Assembly: GCA_000091205.1 (NCBI GenBank)
Contig: AP006497.2
Strand: one strand, 5' to 3'
Origin: Cyanidioschyzon merolae
Lineage: Eukaryota
DNA length: 64,000 nucleotides
Under the pieces are notes generated by a model that was given only the letters and a program-made list of their open reading frames with translations, ran no database searches and had not been told where the DNA came from. Within the stretch, counting starts at the first letter, position 1; each line of letters begins with the position of its first letter. The translations under genes and the position numbers were made by a program. This document shows positions 39,790 through 51,346 of this stretch, one piece after another.

Positions 39790-40956
39790 TCAAATAGCCC
39801 GAGATAAATACCGCAAAAACTCCTTGAGCATTTTGCGCTCGCCGAACGTTAGCCGCGGTTGCACCGTCGATACCAGTTCTTGCTGCTCAGTCTCGGTTAG
39901 GGCCAATACAACGCGACCGTCGACGAGCTCGCGTGCTAGCCACTTGCATACTCGAGGAGGCAGACCAAAGCTTTTCGCCGCCTCAGCTACATCACGCTCG
40001 GTCCATCGCTCGACCTCCTTTCGCGAGACACCCCAAATCTTCTTAGGGGACTCCTGTGCCAGGCGCAAGGGAAACGGTAACTTGGTATTCTCCCGTGTTT
40101 CCGTCAGCATGTCAGGAGCGCTTGCTCCATATAAGCGCGCATCGAATTGGGCCAAGTCTTCCCGGACGCGCTGCAGATAGGATTCCTCGGGTGAGGTCTC
40201 GCCAGGAGTGGGTAGCTGAATGTCGTCTGCGGCTTGCAGATCCACACGCTGTCTGCGTCGGCGTGAAAACAGCCAGTATGTGCCTACAGACGCGATGCAG
40301 AGCGCTGGCCATGCCAGCACTGAAACCGACCCACTCAGGGCCAGCACCGGCATCACGACCGCTCCGGTAAGAGCGACTCCACTGATACAGAGCAGTCCAC
40401 CCAAGCCGAGGAACGATACAGCACCGAGCAGGAACACTGGAACGCCAACCACCAGTGCAAGCATCATGAGCTGCGATGCCACTGCAAGCAAAACAAGAAA
40501 AATTGGAATGACCAGCGCCATAATTGCAATCAAAAACAAACCAAGGATAGCAGTGGAAGTAGGAGGATGTCGCACTCCTGTTGTCGACCAGGCAAAGTAC
40601 TCGTCTTGGAACAGAGTTCTGAACGGCTGCTGCCATAACCGTTGCCAGCGCGCGCGAGTCTCTACTCGATTCCTGAACAAGTCGTCAGCAGGCCCTTCGG
40701 AACCTCTGCCTGAACCCGAACCCGGACCATTTCTGCTACCACCTCCCCAAGCGCAAGAGATGTCGCATAATCGCCGCGTGCTACCCCAGTGCACTATTCG
40801 AGAGCGTTTCTGGAGCGCAGCGCCGGTCTTCGACCACGAGGTGCCCCGGTTACAGTGCCCAACAAGTTTGCCGCTAACCCGACTACCATACCTGCACCGA
40901 CAATGCAACCACTGTACTGGAGTGCCAATCCAGCACAACCGTGCGAAACTACTCAT
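39790..40956 (-). CDS. Polytopic membrane protein with a C-terminal SAM (sterile-α-motif)-like domain
   Basis: Four or five hydrophobic helices (ILGLFLIAIMALVIPIFLVLLAVASQLMMLALVVGVPVFLLGAVSFLGLGGLL…) are followed by …WTERDVAEAAKSFGLPPRVCKWLARELVDGRVVLALTETEQQELVSTVQPRLTFGERKMLKEFL, which has the SAM-domain spacing. The start is uncertain; the N-terminal 100 aa are Gly/Ser/Arg-rich. Confidence 0.55.
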   Translation of the reverse strand: MSSFARLCWIGTPVQWLHCRCRYGSRVSGKLVGHCNRGTSWSKTGAALQKRSRIVHWGSTRRLCDISCAWGGGSRNGPGSGSGRGSEGPADDLFRNRVETRARWQRLWQQPFRTLFQDEYFAWSTTGVRHPPTSTAILGLFLIAIMALVIPIFLVLLAVASQLMMLALVVGVPVFLLGAVSFLGLGGLLCISGVALTGAVVMPVLALSGSVSVLAWPALCIASVGTYWLFSRRRRQRVDLQAADDIQLPTPGETSPEESYLQRVREDLAQFDARLYGASAPDMLTETRENTKLPFPLRLAQESPKKIWGVSRKEVERWTERDVAEAAKSFGLPPRVCKWLARELVDGRVVLALTETEQQELVSTVQPRLTFGERKMLKEFLRYLSRAI

Positions 40957-42021
40957 ATCAAGTTAAAGAGCCGCAACGCGGGGCTCGTCAGCGCGAAGGC
41001 AAGTCCGTAAAGTGACGAATCTGGCCGCACGATATCGTTGCGCGACTTGCTGGCGACACACCTGGGCATAGAGACGCTGTCACTGGGTGTAGGATATACG
41101 GTGCTTCCACTGCAACAACTGTAAACGAGGCTCACTGTATGAATGGGTCGATAAACCGAGGCAAAAGGTTGTCCCTGTGCGATTGTAGTTTCCAGCTTGG
41201 TAGGAGAAGGGAACTCGGCGCTAAAATCTTGAAGCAGCCTCAGCCACTGCATGAACCTGTCAGGATGCGTTCCTGCGGGCTCCAGGAGCAGTGCACGTCG
41301 GTCGACCCAGCAGCGCCTAGACTTCCAGGCGGCAACGCGTTTGTGCATGAGGCATGCACCCGATCTGTTTGGGGCACTCAAAGCTCTGATATTTCGAGTA
41401 GCTGCTCCGAAGCTTCCAGAGTGGCCGTGTTCCGCACGAGACGTGGATCAACCTTTTCCGCACCTGTAACAAAGAGAGAGAGATTCTCGGGTAGAGAATC
41501 CCGCGAAGCGCGGCGCATCCTCGCCTGTATATCCTTAGCGCCACGGGTTTCGGACAGCTGAGTCGCCTACGGTTATTGGTGTACGACGCAAAAGCCAGTA
41601 GTGTGGAAGAAGCTCATGCGAGATGTTGCCCGCTACAACGGCACCTTGCTGAGCCAATTACCGCCTTGTCGGCTCCGAGGTAACAAAGCATGCCGTTTGG
41701 ATGCATAAGTATTTCGGTTGCTGGCGTCGCTCTTATGCGCTGTCATCTGTTCACGCTTGTGGTACATCGTTCTATGACGTACCGCATGGGCATCTTCAGT
41801 CGATGTGCACGCTTGCAAACACGCACCTGAAGCCCTAAAGACAGTATCCAAGCCAGTGCCGCATCGGATACACTTTGAAATATCAAATAAGGGAGCATCG
41901 TTGTCGTGCACCAGGTGCCAGGGACACCTCTCCCTGGTGTACATACGAGACGCTCTAGCTCTCCTGAATGGCTGCACAATGCGATACGCCTGCTGCGCTC
42001 CCGGAGGAAACCGAATGCCCC

Positions 42022-42330
42022 GCACGCTTCCGGTTTTTTTTTTCATTGGCGAAACGTTTACGTAGGCCAGCGCTCTCTGATTCTGCGCTTTTTCTCTTCT
42101 TTTTGGGTTTTTTTTTCAGTGCGCGTTGAAGAATCCATCAACCCCCTACCTCCAAGTTACATGACCTATACTTCTTCTCGGGTCTTCTGGTCGTTTCATA
42201 CGTCTGGTCGTGTGTCAAGCCTGATGAAAGCGACAGCAATAGCGTCTTTACCGTTGGTACTGTTGCATCACGGAGACAGAACGGCGTTGCCGTACCACAG
42301 AGGGCGTCCGCTCGAGGCACGCTCTCGGTT
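42022..42330 (+). repeat. Dispersed element copy A (about 295 bp), bounded by 14-bp imperfect direct repeats
   Basis: Shares about 80 % identity over about 290 bp with 50267-50593. Flanked by gcacgcttccggtt (42022-42035) and gcacgctctcggtt (42317-42330). Internal T-rich tracts followed by cagtgcgcg. See findings. Confidence 0.8.
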
Positions 42331-42918
42331 CATGAGTATTTTCTCATCAAAAGTCCTCAGCTGTTCCGCAAAATACCCACACTGAGCACCAAACGATTCC
42401 TTCGAAAATTCGCTCAGTACAAAGCCGCTCGAGGCCCAGAAGCACAGGGGCATTCCGAATGTTGATCGAAGGGGTAAAGTCTTGGCGCAGCGCCTGTCTG
42501 CGCCTATGTTTGCCGGTGGAAATACGCCATGTAAAGCCTCTGACATTTGATTAGCTCGCCGTCCGACGTTCGCTCACCTAACCATACAACGTCTTGTGCA
42601 TCCCGCCCGATTTCACGCACATTCTCCATTCCTGTTACAGCGTGCTCCCGCGCGCTACGAAGCCACCTGTTGCCGCCACACACGCACCTGTCCTCTACGT
42701 GGCCATGGATGGCCATGCTTCACAGCGACGGCATTGCGGCGGTTCCAGCGAGTTATGAGCGACGCACTGGAGCGACCCTGCTGGTCGCAGCCTACCGTCT
42801 CGATCAACGCAACCCTCGACCAGAATGCGAAACAAGGCGGTGCTTCTGGAATCGTTTCCTACAGTCGCAAGCAAGCGCTTGCGCAGCTAAAGCGCATACA
42901 GGATTCTGCAGGCATGCT

Positions 42919-44433
42919 TTACGAACGATGGACGAATGGTACCAAAAGCGTGCTTAATCCGACCATGATCGCGCCCGAGGTGAGTACCCGATTATGCTGG
43001 ACTGCGACGGAAGCGTGGCGCCCCAATACTGGGCTCAGTAGAGCAACTGCAATCTCGGGGAAACACTGACTCGCGTTGAAGAGCGTCGCAAATGTACCAG
43101 CAGCGTCTCGTGCATTGCTATTCGCAACGGATGCACCGACAAGGGCCCAGGGAATCGTGATGCTCGTTGCCCACGAGATACCAAGGACAGCCTGCAGGCA
43201 CACCGCGAGTACCACATTCCGAGCGCCAATGGTTGCCAGCGCGAGTAAAACGGTGGCCTGTACCACCAGAGAGAACCCGTACTTCACCTGCATTGGTGAG
43301 AGTCGCCAAACTCGATACTGGATCTGCGGCATGAGCATGGCGTACAAGAATGCGATGATGCTCTGCAGCGCTAGAGCGACATTCGCGTGACGTATTCCCG
43401 CTTCGTAGCGTTCCCTCGCGATGCTCCCCGCGAGGGCATGCGGATCACCACCGAAAACATTGACCCCGAACCAGGAGCTACCGAAAACGAACAACGAGAA
43501 CCATCCGTACCATGTACCGAGTTGTATCAGGAAAACAACCCAAAATGTCGTGGACGCAGTCTTCAGTGCTCTCCGGCAGTGCTGCACAAGGCTCAGCAAC
43601 TGGCTCGCCACTGGCTTTAGCGTCAGTCCAGTCGCGCGCATCATTCCGGGCGATCGAGAGGCGAGTTCGCGGCAGTTATCGCTTTCCGCTTCGTCCATTG
43701 ATTCGGTATCAGGTATCGGTAGGCGTACGTTATCACTTTCGGGTACGGTCCATGGTGTCGTCTGGGCTGGGCAGGAACGGTTGCGTGCTAGCGGCGCGCT
43801 GGCGACCCAACAGACTGCTGCAGTTCCGAGAACAAGCACAGCACCGATAGTGTACAGCGCTTCTGTATCAGTCGAGAATACATGCCGCAAAAATGTGTCT
43901 CTAGTTAATGCCGCACCTGCCATAGCACTGCCAACGAGGTTTCCTATCGCAATGTAGACCGCTATGGCCACATTACCGCGTTCCTGCTCAGCGGCTTCGA
44001 CGTGGTCGAAAATCAAGGCTCTCAAAGGCCCTTGCATGGCATTTATTGAAAAGTCTAAGCACCAGAAAGCGGAAACAGCAACAAAAAGCGGCGTCAAGAA
44101 GCGAGAGCGGCGCGCTATCGGCACCGCGTAGGCGAATGCAAGTAGCGAGGCTGACGTGAGCACCGCACCGACCGCTACAAACGGCCTGCGTTTTCCGTGC
44201 CGACTGGAGCTCCTGTCCGAGAGCAGGCCTACGAGCGGCTGTACAACTAGGCCTGCAATTGGTCCTGCCAACCACGCCAGTGAGACCCAACGTGCAGTCA
44301 TGCCAAGTTCCAGAAGTACCGCCGTCGTCACCCCGACTTGCACCGCCCACGCGTACTGGATGCCTAGCATGGCCGATGTCACCAGGTATAGACGTAGGGT
44401 ACTGAGTTTAGCGGCTTGTTCCTCCATGCTCAA
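42919..44433 (-). CDS. Sucrose/H+ symporter-like transporter (GPH / SUC-SLC45 family, MFS fold)
   Basis: N-terminal signature LGMTARWVSLAWLAGPIAGLVVQPLVGLLSDRSSSRHGKRRPF matches plant SUT (LGIPH.WAS.IWLCGPISG..VQP.VG..SDR..SRFGRRRPF). About 12 TM segments, 504 aa. Confidence 0.85.
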   Translation of the reverse strand: MSMEEQAAKLSTLRLYLVTSAMLGIQYAWAVQVGVTTAVLLELGMTARWVSLAWLAGPIAGLVVQPLVGLLSDRSSSRHGKRRPFVAVGAVLTSASLLAFAYAVPIARRSRFLTPLFVAVSAFWCLDFSINAMQGPLRALIFDHVEAAEQERGNVAIAVYIAIGNLVGSAMAGAALTRDTFLRHVFSTDTEALYTIGAVLVLGTAAVCWVASAPLARNRSCPAQTTPWTVPESDNVRLPIPDTESMDEAESDNCRELASRSPGMMRATGLTLKPVASQLLSLVQHCRRALKTASTTFWVVFLIQLGTWYGWFSLFVFGSSWFGVNVFGGDPHALAGSIARERYEAGIRHANVALALQSIIAFLYAMLMPQIQYRVWRLSPMQVKYGFSLVVQATVLLALATIGARNVVLAVCLQAVLGISWATSITIPWALVGASVANSNARDAAGTFATLFNASQCFPEIAVALLSPVLGRHASVAVQHNRVLTSGAIMVGLSTLLVPFVHRS

Positions 44434-46491
44434 GAATATACGGTTCCTATTGCAATCTAGTCCTAGATGTTGGCACCATAGCCTCTGTGACTCGCGATAG
44501 TCGCGTTGGAGTGCAGCTCCCTACTCCGGCTGCGTTCCGCGAAGCACAATGTTGAGCGGCAAGACGGTGCTGACGCCCGCAGCTGCGGCATGGAGCGCGC
44601 TGCAACAGAGGCGAACTGTGGAGAAAAGAACAGAAACGAAGCTCAAACGACCAACGAAATAGTACGGTCTATCGTCGTCTAGGGTCAACGGTAAGAGCGG
44701 GAAAGCTTTGCTTATCGTCGAAAGTTTACTTTATAGGCGGAAGGTCCCGCGAGTCCGACGAGTCTGCAGGGCACACGCTCTGTGCGACTCTGCAGTGTTT
44801 GTCGGGGTGCTTTAGTGAGAGAGCTACGCAGCTCGTCCGCAACGCGCTTTATCCTGGGACGACGAGCGGGTACGCTGCAACTAGGCATCATGCTGGTCAC
44901 CGGTTTATTCTAGTATGTCGCTTCGCGGTGCCACGGTGAGTACGTTCGTCTGCGCATCTTGCTGGCTCCTTCAACGATGATGGACTCCGATTCCATACTG
45001 AATGAACCACGCATCGAGCCGACGCACTCACTGGTATGGCAAAGCCGTTCTGTCCCTGCGATGCATCCGTACCAGCGCTATAAGCGTTACGGTGGGTACT
45101 CGAGGCACGCTCTCTGCGAACGATAGAACGTACGGAACGACCAGTACATCAGAAAGGAACTATAAGTTATAGAACCTGGAGACAGGGTGCAACAGCATGA
45201 TGGACGCTTTTTCGATCAACAATATCCACCCATCCGGCAATCTGCGATCCACGGTGAATGGGAATGTTTTGTCAGACCAGAAAAATCGTCCACCGGCACT
45301 GGAACCGGGCGCAGGGGCATATGCTCCGAGCCAGTGTTCAGTTCTCGAAGCGCTTCTGAACACGAACGTGAAGCGTTCTCAATAGAACTCTGGCGTTCAA
45401 ATGAATAGGTTCAATCAACGCAACGTCCGTGCACGACGGATCTTGCACGGCGACTCAGAATGATGACGACACAGGCCCGACGGTTCCTGCGAACCGGGCC
45501 GGGCACGAGCATGAGCACCCCACGTCCGTCGTCACTGAGCCCCGTTTGTTGTAGGGCATCGTATTCCAAGAGCGCCAGCCAAGAACGCTTTGCAGCACCT
45601 CTATCCAACCGGGGTATACCGGAAGCTGCTGCCGCAAACTGGTTGTTATGAATGAGGCACCATGGGGGAACAGGTCTCCGTCATACGCGTTATGGACTGA
45701 CGCGTCGGGTTCAATACGCGACTCGCGCTTCGATCCGAGAGCGCATACTGGCATCGGATAGCAGATGTGGAAGCGATTTGCTTTTTCATTCAGTAGAAAT
45801 GTATCTGTTTACGTGAAACGATGAGAGGAGGCGGCAAGAAGCGATCCAACTGGACATACGTGCCTGGTACCATTTTTGGCACAAATGTCCAACAGATGTC
45901 CTCGCGCAACGCACGCATCCATGGAGACACGTGTACCTTTCCGTGTGATTCTCATTGATTTCGAGATGGTGTTCATGCTTCTCGTTGGAAGCGTTGAATT
46001 CTCGTGTAAGTGATAGCGTGGCTGGCTATGCTTCGGCGTTTCAACCAGCCAGTAGTTATGGTTTAGCTTTCGTGCGCAGGTTCTAGCGGCGATCTCTGCA
46101 CATCGGAAAGCTCTGCGCTCCTCCAGCGAGAACCATGTACGGATTCAAGTCGCACTGTCTCGAGTCGGAACGCATGTTTCGTTACAGCAGGCGACGCAGG
46201 GCCAGGCCTAGCTCTCGCGGTTGCTTTGGTTGCGATATACATAGCGAGAAGTGCGCTGGTGTGTCGGTAAGTCTAAACCAGTAGGGGCTCTATCCGCGAA
46301 CGCATCTTTTCTTGGAGCATGCGTCGACCAGCGCATACTTACCGGAGAAGCGCGCGGGTCTTCTCGCGGCCCGTACTCGCACCCATCAGGTCGAAATCGT
46401 GTTACTGGGGCAGGATTCTGCGCCTGCGCAGCACCGTACAGATCCGGTGTTCTGAGTTCCCTCGTCAGGCTCTATGCGGTGCATACGGATG

Positions 46492-49485
46492 CTATGCTGC
46501 AGCGTTTGCAGTCGGTGCCTGCGGTGTCCCAGTGCCCGTCACAGACGCCGAATCCACATTCTGGTCGGTTTCAGCGCGCGTATCGCGCAACAGTGCCCGG
46601 TACAGGCGCCAGAGCGGATACCACCAGTCTGATTCGTCTGGGCTGGAGATATCAACGCCACGAGCTTCCAGGCGACTATACAAACGGGTTGCCGCTCCGA
46701 CACAAACCTCCGGTTTCAGACGGCTCGTGAGAGCCATCCCGGCAGCTTCGGCGAGCGCTGGATTCGCTGGAATATCAGCACGGAAGCCGAGCGCCGCGTC
46801 GATGACGGCATCAAGCAATGCCTCCACACCGTCGCCGGATGTAGCGAAAGCGTATCGAGCGGACAATGCGCTTGCCACCCGGCGAGCGCCATCGTGGCCG
46901 TCTACATCAAACGACATCTGGAGCGCAGCGAGCTCCACCGCAACCCGCTGGCTCAGCGTGCGACGCTCGCGGATGCGCTGATGCACCCAGCGTGCCGCGA
47001 CCGCGAGAATGTCGTTGCCAGTCGACCGGGGCTGGAGGAAAAGGAGAGGAATGGCTTCCATGGCCACTGAGGCTGGTCCAATTAGGATGCGTTGGCAAAG
47101 CGCAAGCACGGCATTATCGCAGACAGCGCGTGCGCGAAGCAGATCCCGGAACAGGTCGCGAACACTGATGCTGAGTGTCTCTTCGGTTTCCATGCCGAAT
47201 GCCCAGCCGCGCCCGAACGCGATGCTCCACAGTGAAAGCAGCACTTCGAGGCCGGTCGTCACGATTTGGGCGTCCTCGTCATGCTGCGCAACATGCCATA
47301 TTGATCGAAACGCTAGATCCCAATGCTCATATGCCGATTGCGGTTCATTGTCAGCGGAGGCGTCGTTTGAATAGCTCGCATGCCACAATACATCGAGAAA
47401 AAGAATTCGACAAACGAGCGACGCCACGGTGGCGGGAATTTTCGCTGACCCAGCTTGGCGCTGGGCCAAGACGATGTAGAGGACCCGTCGCAGGCCATCC
47501 ATCGAAGCGGAGTCTTTCGGCGATATCCACTCGAGCGCGGCGAGCAACTGGTTGCAGCGAGTTTCTGTGCACACGTCTAAAGTGTGCATGCAGCATGTAC
47601 TGAGGAGTTCCTGCAACCGGATAGGGATGCTGTCGCTGTCGTTTTCCGTCCTGTTCTCGAGCGCGTAGAGCGCCCGAACGATCGCCCGCATCGCTTCTAG
47701 GCTCTGGGCATGACGGTGGAACGCGTCCATAAGGAGCGGCTCGATGACCTCTTCATGAGCGTGGAAAGCGTCACTGCAGAGCCGAACAAGCTGTGCGAGG
47801 GCGGCAACAAGCGCCGGATCTGACTGGAACCTGCGCATGAGGCGCGGAAGCGCTTCGCGACATGCTGCAATCAGGAGCGTGCTTGCGACAGCAGGCTGGA
47901 AGGTCCCCTCTGGATTCGTTGAACACCGCGCGCTGGACTCTTCCAGGCACTGGACGCGCTCCGCCACAGCGACCCAGAGACGAATCAGCGCCAGCCGGTC
48001 AGCATCGGTCAACGGCTCCGACCCATCATCTGGTTCTCCTTCCTCCAGTAGTTCCACGTATGCGTTCCAGGTGCAGAGCGCCGTGATGGCTGCATCGTGC
48101 CAGAGCGCCTCACAGACTCGTGTGTAGGAGTTTTGATTTGCCGTCAAGATTAGAAAAACGATTTCTCGTAGCATCGCTTTGGGGGCATGTTCTACCCCGA
48201 ATCGCTGAATATAGGCGCTATTGGCGAGCTCTATGTAGGTGATGGAGAGAGCGCCAGCAGCAGCTCGGACGGGTGCTCTCGGATCCTCGGTAATGAGGTC
48301 TAGTACGCCTTCGAGCTCGGCCTTGCCCAGCCAGTCCGCAGGGAGCAGCGTCTGTGCGAGTCGAATGGCTTGAATTGCAATCTGCTCCTCGCGGTCGCGA
48401 GTCATTTCTACGAGTCGCACACGAAAACGTTGCAAAAACGCCTGCATCGGTACCACATAATTCGGATTGGATACGAGCTGTAAGATAGCATCCAAGGCAG
48501 CGTGCCGAACCTTGCTGTCCTTGTCGTAAATCATCCATCCGAGATACTTGAGAAAGCGATCTTCAAGAAATCGAGCAGGAGCGGAGCGAATCCAGCGGCC
48601 CAGGGCGCTAATGCAATGGAAGCGGATGTCAGCGAAAACGTCACGGTAGCGCTTTGCAAATACCGTCTGAACAAGGTGCTTCACCAGATCCTGCGTGTCA
48701 CTGGTTTGGAGCCGGATTTTCTCGAGTGCTGATCGATTCCGCACGACATTCCGTTGCACGGCAGCAGCCTGATCCTGTAGCGCTCGTTCTACAGCGAGCA
48801 ACCCGTCCACCGTATGGAGCGCTGCAACGACCGCGGCGAGCCGCACCGCTCGCAGACGACTCTCTGTCAGGTAGGCCAGCCATGAGACCCAGGCATCGAT
48901 CAAATCGGAGTCCATCCAGACGGACTCTGGGCAAGTCTGCACAAGCTGCTGGAAACAGGTCTCATATTTTTGCGTAAAGCGACGAGCATCCCGCGTTGTT
49001 GCACTTAGCGGTGGGATGAGAGCTGCACGTCCGAGTTCGCTCTCCGAAATGCGCGGCAAGATCGCCGTACTAAGGGCATCCACGAGTACTTTGGCGTTCT
49101 CGGGGGTAGCTACCCGATCGGGGCCCTCGATGACGCTATCGGCCAACAGTTGAAGAATCTCCGAGCGGCAGCTTGGCTCTTCGGCAAGCGTCACTGGATG
49201 CGCGGCGAGCACAACCAACTCTAACAGTTCGCAAATCGTCCACTTGAAATCCGTACTCGCTCTGCTCCAGAACTCACTCAGTGGCCGACTCAAGTCCGCG
49301 GAACGGAGTCTCAACGCATCGTAGAGGAAACCGCCGCCCGAGTGCACCTGATGGGTGAATGAAGCAGAGCGCGGGCTGCACGGGCTTGTTGTCAGGTCCG
49401 GGACGCGCGTCTGCTCAATAGGTTCTTCATCAGTACGAAGTTGGTGTACCGGATCGACGAGAGCAGCCTCCATCCGTTTCAACAA
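46492..49485 (-). CDS. SCC3: Cohesin subunit SA / Scc3 / STAG (stromalin)
   Basis: Stromalin conservative domain VFAKRYRDVFADIRFHCISALGRWI (consensus FRhRYRDV.p.IR..Ci..LG.Wi) embedded in a 997-aa HEAT-like helical repeat protein. STAG N-domain-like start. Confidence 0.85.
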   Translation of the reverse strand: MLKRMEAALVDPVHQLRTDEEPIEQTRVPDLTTSPCSPRSASFTHQVHSGGGFLYDALRLRSADLSRPLSEFWSRASTDFKWTICELLELVVLAAHPVTLAEEPSCRSEILQLLADSVIEGPDRVATPENAKVLVDALSTAILPRISESELGRAALIPPLSATTRDARRFTQKYETCFQQLVQTCPESVWMDSDLIDAWVSWLAYLTESRLRAVRLAAVVAALHTVDGLLAVERALQDQAAAVQRNVVRNRSALEKIRLQTSDTQDLVKHLVQTVFAKRYRDVFADIRFHCISALGRWIRSAPARFLEDRFLKYLGWMIYDKDSKVRHAALDAILQLVSNPNYVVPMQAFLQRFRVRLVEMTRDREEQIAIQAIRLAQTLLPADWLGKAELEGVLDLITEDPRAPVRAAAGALSITYIELANSAYIQRFGVEHAPKAMLREIVFLILTANQNSYTRVCEALWHDAAITALCTWNAYVELLEEGEPDDGSEPLTDADRLALIRLWVAVAERVQCLEESSARCSTNPEGTFQPAVASTLLIAACREALPRLMRRFQSDPALVAALAQLVRLCSDAFHAHEEVIEPLLMDAFHRHAQSLEAMRAIVRALYALENRTENDSDSIPIRLQELLSTCCMHTLDVCTETRCNQLLAALEWISPKDSASMDGLRRVLYIVLAQRQAGSAKIPATVASLVCRILFLDVLWHASYSNDASADNEPQSAYEHWDLAFRSIWHVAQHDEDAQIVTTGLEVLLSLWSIAFGRGWAFGMETEETLSISVRDLFRDLLRARAVCDNAVLALCQRILIGPASVAMEAIPLLFLQPRSTGNDILAVAARWVHQRIRERRTLSQRVAVELAALQMSFDVDGHDGARRVASALSARYAFATSGDGVEALLDAVIDAALGFRADIPANPALAEAAGMALTSRLKPEVCVGAATRLYSRLEARGVDISSPDESDWWYPLWRLYRALLRDTRAETDQNVDSASVTGTGTPQAPTANAAA

Positions 49486-50266
49486 GCTCCCAGAAACGGA
49501 GTTATGCTTGCCAAGGAAACCCCGAAAGTCGCAGGCACTGCGGGACGTCTAGAGTTCCAGGAATCAACCGCGCGTTCAACGACTTGTTCTTCTCAAAGTA
49601 GATTGCTTGCGTATACAAGTGTGCTGCCGCACCGTTTCTGTTCGAGAAGCAAAGTCGCGTCCACAACACGCCTCTATGTACGGCCAGTGAGCACCGTTCG
49701 AACAGGAGGCGCGCAACCTCGTTGCTGTGAAACGCAAGGCAGTACCGAGGCGCTCGATCCTCAAGTCACATTGGCGCCAAATTCGTAGCGGGCAGCATCA
49801 GGATCGTTTTGTTCAGAATTCCGCGTTGATGGATCGATGTTGCTTCGTGAACGCTGTGGAATCTCCGAGTGTCCATACTTTCTCATTCGATTCTTTATGT
49901 ACGTTTCGCGACCTCCGGACCAGTACCGGCCGTGGAATGCCTGGGACTCCGGGTGCGTGCATGGATGCTGTGTCCATGAGCGGCGGGATGACCGCGTGTC
50001 ATCTAGGCTGCATGGGCATCTCACGATCTGGGCAATGGTGTGCGTTTTTCGCTGTCTGCAGCACATGACCCCCTTTGGCGACCACGTTCTGTTCGGGCAA
50101 ACTGCTCGCCGCAACGCAAGGCCATCGCGTGCGCCACGTGCGTTCTCTGGCGGAGAGCTCACTAGCAACGGGTGCTTTGCATGAACAGACTGTTTCGTTG
50201 GGCACTCGAATGCGAATCCAGCCGCTCTTGCGCGATGGATGAAAGCAGAGGCGTCCGACGATGTCT

Positions 50267-50593
50267 GCGTGCGCTCGTTGCCGGATTGCTTTTCTTTTTC
50301 ACTGACGAAACGTTTCCATAGGCCAGCGTTCTCCGATTATGCGCATTTTTCTTTTCTTACTTTTTTTTGTGTTTTTTTCAGTGCGCGGTGAGGTATCCAT
50401 CAAACGCCCTGCCTCCAAGTCACATTACCTATACTTCATCTCGGATATTCTGGTCGTTTCATACGCCCTATCGTGTGTGCCAAGTACCTGCCGAAAGCGA
50501 CAGCAATAGCGCCTACAGCGTCGGTGCGATCGCTGCACGGAGACAGAACGGCGTTGCCGTACCACAACGGGCGTGCGCTCGTTGCCGGATTGC
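50267..50593 (+). repeat. Dispersed element copy B (about 300 bp), bounded by a perfect 23-bp direct repeat
   Basis: gcgtgcgctcgttgccggattgc occurs at 50267-50289 and again at 50571-50593. The interior is homologous to 42036-42316. Confidence 0.85.
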
Positions 50594-51346
50594 ATGCCGA
50601 TGCCGTTCGTCGCCGAACACGGCAACAGAAGCCGCAGCGAGATCGGAACAAAGCTGCTGTGGGAGCGTTAGCGGAGGCGTACCCGTCTCAAAAGTTTTGA
50701 CATCAGTGGTTTCACGACTGCTCACCCGGAAGAAGCAACTTCCAATTGGTCCGAAAGCTTTTTCGGTACGAATGCTTCCTTTGCTTTGCGGGACGGATCG
50801 AGTTAAATATCAAAGCATGTTTTTGTTCTGATCACGAGGCGGGAGTGTCTGACAAGAGGTACCTGCTTGAGTCGTCTTGCAGCGTGCTTGGAATCGTCCA
50901 AATCTTCACCTATACTCGGTAAGAATCATCGTCGTCACTTGCTTGCCGTAAAACTTGACACAAAACAGGGGTTTCGCTGGCGTCCACAACGGTGCTCCTT
51001 CTCCTGCCGTGGCATCAGAAACGGCGATTATCGCAACCAGTTCCATGCTGCTGGCCGAAGCCCCAAACTGAGCCACTCGGTCGCGAGACGCGAAGCCTCA
51101 GTAGTGGCATCCTGGTTCCACGCTCGGTGGAGTGCTGTCTGGGAGCGCCCTGCACAAGGGAAAGACGCCCAGCGCAGCTCGGATGCAGCCAAACCGTTAA
51201 TGCGTCGACCTCCGAGTGCTTACAGTCTCTAGATGAGGCTCGGTGGAGCGCGGGGCATTCTAAACCCGTGACCCACTCCAGCGTTCCTGTTGTCAGCGGT
51301 GATGGTGAACGCTTCCGATGTCGAGTGCTTCAAAGCACAGCTATAT

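Noticed and set aside
40220-40966. 248-aa plus-strand ORF
   Set aside because: It is antisense to the coherent TM + SAM-domain gene on the minus strand. Its composition is Ser/Thr/Pro/Arg-rich and typical of a GC-rich antisense frame.
46319-48127. Several plus-strand ORFs of 96–220 aa
   Set aside because: All are antisense to the cohesin SA gene and Arg/Ser/Ala-rich. They are chance ORFs in GC-rich DNA.
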